This document shows positions 50,881 through 59,612 of a stretch of 64,000 nt of DNA, piece by piece. Position 1 is the first letter of the stretch, and each line of letters begins with the position of its first letter. Source of the DNA: Nanobdellota archaeon (GTDB lineage Archaea; Nanobdellota; Nanobdellia; Parvarchaeales; Parvarchaeaceae); the NCBI GenBank assembly GCA_021817165.1, contig JAKAVT010000004.1:1757-65756 (forward strand), written 5' to 3'. The translations under genes were made by a program, and so were the position numbers. The notes under the pieces are model-generated. The model was given only the letters and a program-made list of their open reading frames with translations. It did not search any database and was not told where the DNA came from.

Positions 50881-51228
50881 CTATACGGCATATATTCGGC
50901 GGTTCCTCCTCTTTCTTATTACTTTAAGGATTATGAGAAGTATAATAGATATGAGAAGAACCGCAGAAACCGAATACATTATTGCATTCAATCCGCATTT
51001 AAAGTAAAAAGACCCTGAAACCGAAGAAACGCCCCCTGAAAGAGCTAAAGCGTATATTGAGCAGGAATTGTAATTTGTGAATATGAGAAAATAAATAGGT
51101 ATTGCCAGAGCAATTCCTATGAGTATAAGGATTAATTTTGTCCTGTCTTTTTTTATTTTAATGCCTTTTATTTCTACGTTTATCCCCTGGGACTTTAATT
51201 CTTCCCTGTACTTATCCGCAAGACTCAT
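50881..51228 (-). CDS. Small membrane protein (about 3 TM)
   Basis: 115 aa. Charged N-terminus, three hydrophobic helices and a basic C-terminus (RKRRNRRIYAV). Its start shares nt 51228 with the end of the lrp-like gene. Confidence 0.5.
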   Translation of the reverse strand: MSLADKYREELKSQGINVEIKGIKIKKDRTKLILILIGIALAIPIYFLIFTNYNSCSIYALALSGGVSSVSGSFYFKCGLNAIMYSVSAVLLISIILLIILKVIRKRRNRRIYAV

Positions 51229-51659
51229 TATATTTCTACGTGTCTCATTATAAATATAGATTGTATTTTCTTCACGTTTTGTATGTTCTGCAGTTTCTCA
51301 TGCACGAAATTTATTATGTTTTCCCTCGGCCCGGTTACCATGAAAACGAAATCCCAGTCTCCGCTGACTTCGTATATTTCCTGTATCACTTTCTCTTCCT
51401 TCAAGTCCTGAAAGAACTTTTCAAAATCATTGTTATGCACGTTGTTCAATGAAACGAGAATGAACGCCTTTTCATAACCATTTGATTCATCATAGCTAAT
51501 TTCTACCTTCAAACCCTTTATGAATCCGTTCTTTTTCAACTTGTTGTAATGATAGTAAACAGTAGACTGCGGAACGTTCAGCTTTTGAGTGATTTCCTTC
51601 ACTTTTTTGCCGTTTTTGAACAAGTCCAAAAGCTCCATGTCTATTTCTTTGAGTTTCAT
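51228..51659 (-). CDS. Lrp/AsnC-family transcriptional regulator
   Basis: 143 aa. N-terminal HTH (KVKEITQKLNVPQSTVYYHYNKLKKNGFIKG) and a C-terminal RAM-like domain (EIYEVSGDWDFVFMV). Confidence 0.8.
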   Translation of the reverse strand: MKLKEIDMELLDLFKNGKKVKEITQKLNVPQSTVYYHYNKLKKNGFIKGLKVEISYDESNGYEKAFILVSLNNVHNNDFEKFFQDLKEEKVIQEIYEVSGDWDFVFMVTGPRENIINFVHEKLQNIQNVKKIQSIFIMRHVEI

Positions 51660-51706
51660 AGCACTAAAATAATACTTATGGTAATACTACATTTAAAAAG
51701 CTTTCA

Positions 51707-52495
51707 TTATGCAATTATCCTCGCAGAAAAGAAGTTCGCAACGACGTTTTTAAGCGTCGAATTGGGAAGGAACATCTCTCTGCCGTAGAAAGTGTTTAAA
51801 TCTGCAGACGAAAGATAGAAGGCCGCGGTATTTTCATACAAAAACATCATTCCGTTGTAAAAGTTTGTGTTGTTTATTCTTACTGAAGGTATGTAAGTTG
51901 TGTTCTGGCCATTGTATGCCAAAGTACCGTTTAGTTCATAGGAAGAAGTTCCGTTTGGAAATATGACAAATGTGCCGAAGCCAAGACCTATGCTCTTGTT
52001 TATGTAAGTACCGTTTAATACGGGAACCGTGACGTTTGAATAAATTGAGCACAAGGCAAATACGCTGTTGCTGTCTTTTGCTACCTGGCAATCCTTAAGG
52101 GACGCACTCATATTTTCGGCTGTAAAATTATACGGAAAAGAAACGGCGGACGGAAGGCTGGAAACGTTCTCCATGTCTATGAGCACATAATATTTTGCAG
52201 GAAGTTTTGCGTTTGCGAAAAGGATGGAATCGTAAAGGGTGTTGTTCTCTACAACTTTATTGCCGTTTATTGAAAATGACTTTGCGGCGGCATAATACTG
52301 TGAAGGTACTAAAAGCGTGGAATTCTGGTATGCTGCATTGAAGTATTCAAGCGCGTACTGTATGGAAGAAGGAAGGGAAGCAGTGGTTGCATTCTGCGGT
52401 TTGTTTAGTTTCACAAACGCAAAGACTATGACAAGGAGTATTATCACTACCACTAAAAGCCACAAAAGAGAAGTCGATATCCTTAACACTACCAT
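51707..52495 (-). CDS. N-terminally anchored sequon-rich extracellular protein
   Basis: 262 aa. TM (LLWLLVVVIILLVIVFAFV) and an Asn/Ser/Thr-rich ectodomain with many N-x-S/T sequons. Last gene of the co-directional cyd cluster. Confidence 0.6.
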   Translation of the reverse strand: MVVLRISTSLLWLLVVVIILLVIVFAFVKLNKPQNATTASLPSSIQYALEYFNAAYQNSTLLVPSQYYAAAKSFSINGNKVVENNTLYDSILFANAKLPAKYYVLIDMENVSSLPSAVSFPYNFTAENMSASLKDCQVAKDSNSVFALCSIYSNVTVPVLNGTYINKSIGLGFGTFVIFPNGTSSYELNGTLAYNGQNTTYIPSVRINNTNFYNGMMFLYENTAAFYLSSADLNTFYGREMFLPNSTLKNVVANFFSARIIA

Positions 52496-52498
52496 GGA

Positions 52499-52891
52499 TC
52501 ACTGCTCGTTGTTTTCCTGATTGTCATCTTGATGGTTTCCCTGATTGTCTTCTTCGTTTTGATCGTTTTCTTCGTTCTCTTTTTCAAATGCGTTATCCGG
52601 AGCCGGATTCTCGTTGTGCGTTTCGTCAGTTTCCGGAATTTTGTTTGCAAGGTTATCCTCAGTTGCGAATATCGTGAATTTTCTCTTTACTTTGGAACTG
52701 GTCGTTCTTTTTACGTATTTAGGCATGCCTTTGTAAAGTCTCTGTCCGTGTATCTTCTTTGCGCAGTCCGGGCAGTAATATGCCTTTATGCCGTCCCTGA
52801 ACATGTAAACGGCCCTGTCTCTTCTGGTTATCTGTCCGCATGAAGCGCATCTAACGTTTCCCGTCCTTCCCCTTCTTACGTTCTTTCCCAT
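52499..52891 (-). CDS. Small zinc-ribbon protein with basic core and Asn/Glu/Asp-rich tail
   Basis: 130 aa. C-x2-C ... C-x2-C (RCASCGQ ... YCPDCAK) and a Lys/Arg-rich middle. The C-terminal 50 aa are low complexity (NEENDQNEEDNQGNHQDDNQENNEQ). Its first 41 nt overlap the 3' end of cydB. Confidence 0.55.
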   Translation of the reverse strand: MGKNVRRGRTGNVRCASCGQITRRDRAVYMFRDGIKAYYCPDCAKKIHGQRLYKGMPKYVKRTTSSKVKRKFTIFATEDNLANKIPETDETHNENPAPDNAFEKENEENDQNEEDNQGNHQDDNQENNEQ

Positions 52892-53888
52892 TCACTTTAT
52901 TATTATTGGGGATTATATATAAGTTTGCTATGCCGATTTTTTCGCCGTTGTCATTCTCTTCTGAATAATTATCTCCGCCGTTCTCCTTATCCGGAAGCTT
53001 ATACATGTAAAAAAAGAAAAGGAGCATTGCAGTAAGCAGCGTTCCTCCTATCAAGGTCACCAAAATAGAAGCCGATGAAACTGCGGAATTATTCAGGTAG
53101 GAGTAAAGGGATTTCGTGCCGAATACCTTGGCATAATTCAGAAAATTGACGGATAAGACGGAAAGGAATGCGGCTATGAAAATGACCTCTCTTCTTGTCC
53201 TGCCGGTTACGTAGTAAAGGATTGAAACCAACGCAATTGCGACTGCAAGCAGGTAAGTTACATAGTTTGTGTTAAGCCCAAGTCCGCGGATTGATAATAT
53301 GAACAGCAAAAGACCTGTTACTGTAGCCATAGGCGATAAGAATTTCATCTTTTCTATTTTGTAGAAAACGAATGATAAACCAAATGCTATAAGGAGGGTT
53401 CCGATTATGAACCCAAAAACGTATGGATTGGATAGAAATACTGCGGCAGAAAACCCTGTCAATGAAGGATTCGCTCCGACGCCGGATATTATCGATATAA
53501 AGATCGAAAGCAGTAAAATTATTATTATGAACGTTATAAGCGAATAAATTCTCGCAAGCGCCAGCTGGCTGAATCTAGAACCTTTCCAGATGTACTCCGA
53601 AAAGACAAGAAAGAGGTTTCTCCCTATGAACAACAGGGTCGCCAGCAGTATGGGGAAAACGTAAAGATAATCTATTGCTGGCATTATTGAAGGGTAAAGC
53701 ACTTCTGCGTTGACAACGAAGAAAACTACAAACGTTCCCACTATCCCCCAGATTGGGTCTAGGTATTTCTTTACCACGGGCAGGCTTTTCCTGTCATACA
53801 TGAAAGAAATGGCCGACATTCCTTCTACGAACAGAAAAGTGAATACCACTGCTAGCAGGACGTAATTTATGGATATGTATACATTCAT
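52851..53888 (-). CDS. cydB: Cytochrome bd oxidase subunit II
   Basis: 345 aa with about 8-9 TM helices. ATGA-type 4-nt overlap with cydA. Called from position and architecture. Carries a ~45 aa hydrophilic C-terminal tail. Confidence 0.72.
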   Translation of the reverse strand: MNVYISINYVLLAVVFTFLFVEGMSAISFMYDRKSLPVVKKYLDPIWGIVGTFVVFFVVNAEVLYPSIMPAIDYLYVFPILLATLLFIGRNLFLVFSEYIWKGSRFSQLALARIYSLITFIIIILLLSIFISIISGVGANPSLTGFSAAVFLSNPYVFGFIIGTLLIAFGLSFVFYKIEKMKFLSPMATVTGLLLFILSIRGLGLNTNYVTYLLAVAIALVSILYYVTGRTRREVIFIAAFLSVLSVNFLNYAKVFGTKSLYSYLNNSAVSSASILVTLIGGTLLTAMLLFFFYMYKLPDKENGGDNYSEENDNGEKIGIANLYIIPNNNKVNGKERKKGKDGKR

Positions 53889-55300
53889 GGCCTTGCCTCC
53901 AGTTCATTGTTAAGATCCCTTTTCTTCATTACCTTTCTCACAAACAGTATTGTCGCTGGCAGGACCACCACGTAAAAGGCTATTATTGCTATGCCCACCG
54001 GCACAACCGACGGCGAAGTGTTCGCGGCGGCTGAGACCGTCATTACGTTGTAGAGTATCCATGGCTGCCTTCCAACCTCGTCTGTTACCCAGCCGTCTTC
54101 CAAAAGGAAAGCTGCCAACACTCCTATTATTATCAATGCTTTCAACACCAACGGGTTGTCGAATGGATCGGAGAACATCTTCTTTGAAAGAAGCTTTTTA
54201 AAAAACTTGTTTGATTCGAACCTGTCTCTTATCTTTCTTACGTTCAAGAGCCATATTATTAGAAAGATTACCAGTAATACGCCGATTAAAATGCCAAGGC
54301 CCACCATTACGTCAAAAGTGTTGTGTACAACCGTAATGGGCGGCCACGTGCTTTTTGCATATGCCGCCAGCGAGTCGTTGCTAGATATAATGCCGTTGAA
54401 GCTTCCGGTAGCCAGAAAACTCATCAAACCCGGTATGTTTATGGAATCGACGGTTTTGTTGTTTACGAGGAAACCGCCTATTACCTCTGCAACGTGCGGC
54501 CCGGAATTGAAGTTCATTTCCAATGCCGCGAATTTTTCTGGCTGGTACACCATCAGATTTGTAATCGATTCTATGCCGATTATGACTGTTAATATGATGG
54601 AGATTATGGCTATTGCAGCTGCTATCTTTGCCGCTTTTTTATAGTATTCCCTTTCAACCCCTTTGGTTTTCAACAGCTTATAAGCGAAGTAGGCAAGGAA
54701 AAACGCAGCTCCTGCAAATATTGTTGAACCGATTACATGCCCTATCTCTATCCATGTAGTCGGGGTATTCAAAACGGCAAACGGGGTTACATCGATTATC
54801 TTGCCGGTGCTTAAGTAGTATGGGATATTGAATCCATTTGGAGTATTCATAAATGCGTTTATCATTGTTATGAAAACTCCGGACATGACAGCCCCTATTG
54901 CGATGAAAACCGAAAGAAGCCAGTGCTTGATCCTGCTTTTGAATTTATTCCAGAAATAGATGTATATCCCAAGAAAGATGGCTTCTGTAAAGAATGCAAA
55001 AATTTCCATGTAAAGTGGCAGTATACCGACTTGGCCCAGAACTGAAATGAACTTTGGCCAAAGGACAAAAAGTTCTATGGCAACGACAACCCCGCTTGCA
55101 GTTCCGACCGCAAAGAAGATTATCAGCGCGTTAGCCAGTCTTTTTGCAAGTATGTCGTATACGTTTATCTTGTATTTTATGGAAACGAACTCAGCTATGC
55201 TCATTATTATTGGCAAAGTCATTCCGACAGTAACCAGAAGGATATGTACTGCTAATGAGTAACCCATCAACCCCGCATCGAACAGCACTAGATTAACCAC
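53885..55300 (-). CDS. cydA: Cytochrome bd oxidase subunit I
   Basis: 471 aa. N-terminal His-containing helix (YSLAVHILLVTVG) and the conserved GWVTDEVGRQPW motif near the C-terminus. Confidence 0.9.
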   Translation of the reverse strand: MVNLVLFDAGLMGYSLAVHILLVTVGMTLPIIMSIAEFVSIKYKINVYDILAKRLANALIIFFAVGTASGVVVAIELFVLWPKFISVLGQVGILPLYMEIFAFFTEAIFLGIYIYFWNKFKSRIKHWLLSVFIAIGAVMSGVFITMINAFMNTPNGFNIPYYLSTGKIIDVTPFAVLNTPTTWIEIGHVIGSTIFAGAAFFLAYFAYKLLKTKGVEREYYKKAAKIAAAIAIISIILTVIIGIESITNLMVYQPEKFAALEMNFNSGPHVAEVIGGFLVNNKTVDSINIPGLMSFLATGSFNGIISSNDSLAAYAKSTWPPITVVHNTFDVMVGLGILIGVLLVIFLIIWLLNVRKIRDRFESNKFFKKLLSKKMFSDPFDNPLVLKALIIIGVLAAFLLEDGWVTDEVGRQPWILYNVMTVSAAANTSPSVVPVGIAIIAFYVVVLPATILFVRKVMKKRDLNNELEARP

Positions 55301-55355
55301 ATTATTATTAACTTTTAGGTTTATTTATGGGTTTTTACAATGCTTTGAATAAAAA

Positions 55356-56066
55356 TTACAGATGGATAACGCCGCTTGGATAAATCATTGTTCTGCTGGA
55401 TTTTGAAAGTTTTCTTACTAAGGCATTTGAATCAACCGATAAATGAACGGGTACAAGCTTTTTTGCACGGCTTTCCGAAAAGACCCTCATCGTAGAGCTG
55501 TAAGTGGAATGCCTCCAAAAATCGGCTTCCTTTTGTTTGTTATCCAAGTAAGTCATTTCATGCAGCAGTAAATCAACGTCCTCTGCGCCTTTCACGACGT
55601 TCTCGCTGTAGGCGGTATCTCCGCTGTAAAATATTGTCTTGCCCTTGTAATTTACCCTGTAGCCGTTGTCGGTTACCAGATGCTTCGCGCGGAATGGCTG
55701 GATAAATTCATAGCGCTTGTCTTCAATAAATTCGGCATTTATCTTGAATTGCCTGGGAGTCTGCAGCGTTCTAAGAAGCCTTTCTGTATTGGTTTTTATC
55801 CCCTTTGGGCCGAGAACTATGAGCTTGTTTTCTGCTTTGTATATCGATCTATACCAGAATAATTCTGGCAGGCCGCTGAAATGGTCCAAATGCATGTGCG
55901 TTATAAGAACCATCTCTATTTTTCTGGGGTCTATTCTTGAGTCAAGAAGCGACTCTATGGTGTGCGGGCCGAAGTCAAAAACAATTTTGTCATCCAATGC
56001 AAAAGATACGTTTCTTTCCCCTCTTACAAGATTAGAGCTCCACTTCCCAAGAAATCTTATGTTCAT
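55356..56066 (-). CDS. Metallo-beta-lactamase-fold hydrolase (RNase Z/ElaC-like size class)
   Basis: 236 aa with the H-x-H-x-D-H motif (ITHMHLDHFSG). 4-nt overlap with the upstream MFS gene. Confidence 0.78.
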   Translation of the reverse strand: MNIRFLGKWSSNLVRGERNVSFALDDKIVFDFGPHTIESLLDSRIDPRKIEMVLITHMHLDHFSGLPELFWYRSIYKAENKLIVLGPKGIKTNTERLLRTLQTPRQFKINAEFIEDKRYEFIQPFRAKHLVTDNGYRVNYKGKTIFYSGDTAYSENVVKGAEDVDLLLHEMTYLDNKQKEADFWRHSTYSSTMRVFSESRAKKLVPVHLSVDSNALVRKLSKSSRTMIYPSGVIHL

Positions 56067-57442
56067 TTTTCTGTCAGTTCTTCTAGGCTTTTATCCTTTG
56101 TTTCCGGTGCAAGGAATATTGTAAGCAAAAGCCCTATCAATCCTGCTATTGCGAAGAATAGTAATCCATAACCTAAGCCGTACAATGCTACTATCGTAGG
56201 AAAGGTCGTTAAACCAAGTATTGCACCTATCCTGCTTATGGAAGTCCCCCATCCCTGGCCGGTAGCACGTATCGTCGTAGGGAAAAGCTCCTGTCCGTAT
56301 ACGAAATCTGTACTGCCCATCCCCCATGACTGGGTAAGCTCGAACAATATGTACATTGTTGCTATTACCGCTCCTGTTATGCCTGCTGCAAATGCATCCG
56401 TGGGAGTGCGCATTGCTATTATTGCTAAAACTAGAAGCGAAACAAACATGCCTGCGAAACCAAGTATCGTTACGGTCTTCCTTCCCCACCTGTCTACGGT
56501 AAGGATGCACATTACAGAACCGATTATGGCTATTGAAGAAAAGATCGCTGACCCTAAAATAGACAGACTATGACTTAATCCAAGCAGGATAAGGATGGTA
56601 GGCGTAAACAGCCCTATGCCGTAAAATGCAACGTCGTAGAAGAACCATGCCAAACCAAAGTATATCGTGTTCTTTATGTATTTTTTATCAAAAAGTGTGA
56701 AAAATGAAACTTTATTGTGCGTTGCTTTGAGTACATCCGAATGTCCGCCGGTTATCATCTTTTCCGACTGCTTTGCCTTTTCTACCTGGTTGTTGTTTGC
56801 CAGCCATCTTGCGGATTCCGGTACTTTTCTCCTAAGTATAAGAACTATTATCGCCGGGATGATGCCTATCGCGAACATTACCCTCCATGAATTAATGCCT
56901 AATGGAAGAAGAAGATACCCTACTACAAATGCAAACGCTGCACCGACCCACCATGCCAGACCGTCGCTTGCTAGGAATTTGCCCCTTGACTTCTTTGGAG
57001 TAATTTCAGATATTATGGTAGCTCCTATTGCGTAATCTGCACCTATTGCTAAACCTAAGATTAATCTAAAGATAAAAAGAGACCAGAAATTAAACGAAAG
57101 AGTGATTGCAGCAGTAAATACGATGAAGATTACCATGTCCCAGAGGTACATGAACTTCCTCCCCTTAACGTCGGTTATGTAGCCTATTGACAATGCGCCG
57201 AAAAGCATTCCTATCGTCGTAGAAGCGGCCATCAAGCCTTTCCCTAATGGAGTATTTGTATAGCTGAAAGCGCTTATGGCAGTTATTATGGTCAAAGCAA
57301 CCCCTATTATGGATATGTCGTATCCGTCAAGAAAAGTGCCCGCAACTGACAGTAAAGTTATCCTGTAATGATTTGAATTTGTCTTGGCGTTATCTAAAGC
57401 AGAATAAGAAGCGGTCTTTGCGGCCTTCTGCTTTTGTTGCAT
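56063..57442 (-). CDS. MFS sugar-porter-family transporter
   Basis: 459 aa, 12 TM. GRKFMY loop motif and the PESARWL signature after TM6. Confidence 0.85.
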   Translation of the reverse strand: MQQKQKAAKTASYSALDNAKTNSNHYRITLLSVAGTFLDGYDISIIGVALTIITAISAFSYTNTPLGKGLMAASTTIGMLFGALSIGYITDVKGRKFMYLWDMVIFIVFTAAITLSFNFWSLFIFRLILGLAIGADYAIGATIISEITPKKSRGKFLASDGLAWWVGAAFAFVVGYLLLPLGINSWRVMFAIGIIPAIIVLILRRKVPESARWLANNNQVEKAKQSEKMITGGHSDVLKATHNKVSFFTLFDKKYIKNTIYFGLAWFFYDVAFYGIGLFTPTILILLGLSHSLSILGSAIFSSIAIIGSVMCILTVDRWGRKTVTILGFAGMFVSLLVLAIIAMRTPTDAFAAGITGAVIATMYILFELTQSWGMGSTDFVYGQELFPTTIRATGQGWGTSISRIGAILGLTTFPTIVALYGLGYGLLFFAIAGLIGLLLTIFLAPETKDKSLEELTEK

Positions 57443-57593
57443 ATGTTTTAATAATTTTAAACGTATTTAAATCTTTTTGTTTTGAAGAATTTTTTGATTA
57501 AAACGGCGCAAAGCAAAAAACAACAGTTATTTTAAATTTGAATGTGCGAAGCCTGACAAAAAGACATAAAAACAACACTGTCAATATAATTAA

Positions 57594-57959
57594 ATGGAGC
57601 AGACGGACATTACAAGAAACGTCGTAGAACTGAGGGAATCGCTCAAGATTTTTGACCAGAGGATTTCGCAGCTTAAGGACACGATTAAAATGGTGGATCA
57701 GAACAACCTTGAAAAGTACAAGGAGATAAAGCTTGCGTTGCAGGAAATAAACAACGAGCTTTCAAGCAGCAAAACAAAGATCTTTGAGTTGGATGACGCC
57801 TTGAATAGACTGGAAAGACAGTCTGAAACGTACGCAAAAGTGCAGGACTTAAAGGTGATAGAGAAATACCTTAGCTTTATAGACCCTTCAAGGTTTTTAA
57901 ATAAAGACGACATTATTAAAATTGTAAACGAATACATGAACAGCAAAAAATGGAGCTAG
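57594..57959 (+). CDS. Hypothetical coiled-coil protein
   Basis: 121 aa, predicted almost entirely helical with heptad-like repeats (LRESLKIFDQRISQLKDTIKMV...LDDALNRLERQSETYAKV). Confidence 0.5.
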   Translation: MEQTDITRNVVELRESLKIFDQRISQLKDTIKMVDQNNLEKYKEIKLALQEINNELSSSKTKIFELDDALNRLERQSETYAKVQDLKVIEKYLSFIDPSRFLNKDDIIKIVNEYMNSKKWS

Positions 57960-57962
57960 AAC

Positions 57963-58592
57963 ATGAATCTCATAAATGCATTTAAAAAGAAGGACGAGAA
58001 TGAAGTGCCGGACGTAAGTTCGATGCTGAGCAACGGAATGAGCCAGCAGGACATAATTGATAACTTAAGACAGCAGGGCTATGACAGTACCACAATAAAA
58101 AACGCGCTTGTCAACGCGCTTAAAAACAACACCCAAAGGCAGACTGCACAACCGGTACAGGAACAGCAAATGCAAAGGGTACAGCCGATCCAGCAACCTG
58201 TGGTTCAGGAAGACAAACAGTCTTATGAAAATAACGCCGGTGGAATCAACAGCCAGAACTTGGAAAACATACAGCAGATACTTGAACAGATAATAAACGA
58301 GAAATGGAAGAACTCCTCTTCGGACCTTAATTCACTCAGATCAAGCGTAAACATAAACACAAATTCCATAGAGAATATCAAAGACAATCTGGAAAAGCTT
58401 GGACAGAGGATAGACAGCATACAGAACACTATGGTCGGAAAGACGGAAGAGTACAACAAAACGATATCAGACGTAAACGTAGAACTTCAGGCCTTTGAAA
58501 AGGTCATAGACCGTTTGGTCCCTGCAATAAGCGACAGCATAAGGGAATTAAGGGATCTCATAGACGACCTGAAAACACAGAAAACCGCTTGA
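57963..58592 (+). CDS. Hypothetical protein: small N-terminal helical domain, Q-rich linker, C-terminal coiled coil
   Basis: 209 aa. MNLINAFKKKDENE..., then SQQDIIDNLRQQGYDSTTIKNAL, a Gln/Pro-rich linker, and a long heptad region. Starts 3 nt after the previous stop. Confidence 0.5.
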   Translation: MNLINAFKKKDENEVPDVSSMLSNGMSQQDIIDNLRQQGYDSTTIKNALVNALKNNTQRQTAQPVQEQQMQRVQPIQQPVVQEDKQSYENNAGGINSQNLENIQQILEQIINEKWKNSSSDLNSLRSSVNINTNSIENIKDNLEKLGQRIDSIQNTMVGKTEEYNKTISDVNVELQAFEKVIDRLVPAISDSIRELRDLIDDLKTQKTA

Positions 58593-58707
58593 TTTAAAGC
58601 TTAAATAGCACCTGCATTCTTTTTAGTTCATATGGAGAAAATGCACATTTCATCGTTGTAAACTGTGCATGCATTTTCCCTAAAAAATCGGTGAGGTACG
58701 AAAAATT

Positions 58708-59559
58708 ATGACCAGTGAAAAAGACCTTGAAAAAATCATAAGCGAGATTGATGAAGCGAGCCTTGACAAAGCAGCGTCTGGGATTTTCAAAATGTCCGCA
58801 AAAATGAAGGAAAAAATGCGGCTTGTAAAGGACTCAAACGAAATCGAGTTATACTATCTTAGCATGTTGCCTGACAATGAAGATTATTTGAAAAAAATCA
58901 AGAACATGCAGCTAAACGAGATGGAGGCATTGTATGCTGCTCTTAACCACCCCATACTGTTCGCTGACTTGGACGGCAAAAAACTGGATTATTTCAGCGA
59001 GGAGTTTAAAGGTTTGGACCCTGTCTACGGCATAAAGGAAAGGGAAATCAATGGTACAGAAGCGAAGAAGATATCAAAACTGTATTCCATGTCTGAAAGC
59101 GTCGATTCAAAACAAGATCTAAAATATGCCGAAATGTACGACGTTTCTTACAAGATAAAGCAGGGAGGGGTAAAAGTGATAATGAATGCTAATGAAACGG
59201 GATTTGAGTTTTACCTTGTAGACTTGTCTGCGCTTGGCAACGATGGCAATAAGATAATAGATTACTTAAGCGGTCTTAAAAACGACGATGCAAGCTATTT
59301 CGCAAGCGTTTCCAACGATTTCTCCATAATAGACATGGACAAGAAAATACTCTATACCATGAAAAGTTCGACTGATAAAAATGGCAAAGAGACGATAAAG
59401 ATGTCTAAACACGAAAACAAGGAAGAAGAATACGGCTTCATGTATAAGCTCATGGGCCTGGCAAAACAAAACCCTAAAGTTAAGGTGCTTTTTGTGAATA
59501 AGCCGGAAGAAGAAACGTATCATACTGACAGCAAGCCGCCTTCCGACATGTACGCATGA
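58708..59559 (+). CDS. Hypothetical protein
   Basis: 283 aa soluble protein with no recognisable motif. A GGTGAGGT Shine-Dalgarno-like sequence lies about 10 nt upstream. Confidence 0.5.
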   Translation: MTSEKDLEKIISEIDEASLDKAASGIFKMSAKMKEKMRLVKDSNEIELYYLSMLPDNEDYLKKIKNMQLNEMEALYAALNHPILFADLDGKKLDYFSEEFKGLDPVYGIKEREINGTEAKKISKLYSMSESVDSKQDLKYAEMYDVSYKIKQGGVKVIMNANETGFEFYLVDLSALGNDGNKIIDYLSGLKNDDASYFASVSNDFSIIDMDKKILYTMKSSTDKNGKETIKMSKHENKEEEYGFMYKLMGLAKQNPKVKVLFVNKPEEETYHTDSKPPSDMYA

Positions 59560-59612
59560 GCTTTTTAGATGCTGCAGACATTGATTAAAACGCATTGCGA
59601 TTCTTTGCATCG

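Noticed and set aside
52499-52891. Annotating the zinc-ribbon gene as ribosomal protein eS26
   Set aside because: The resemblance is limited to about 25 N-terminal residues, and the spacing of the Cys pairs is much shorter than I recall for eS26. It was left as a hypothesis needing an HMM search.
53950-55262. + strand ORFs 53950..54201, 54156..54644, 54323..54592 and 55047..55262
   Set aside because: Antisense to cydA, which carries the GWVTDEVGRQPW motif.
56091-57035. ORFs 56091..56510 (-), 56238..56573 (+) and 56667..57035 (+)
   Set aside because: Alternative-frame or antisense ORFs inside the 12-TM MFS sugar porter gene (PESARWL).
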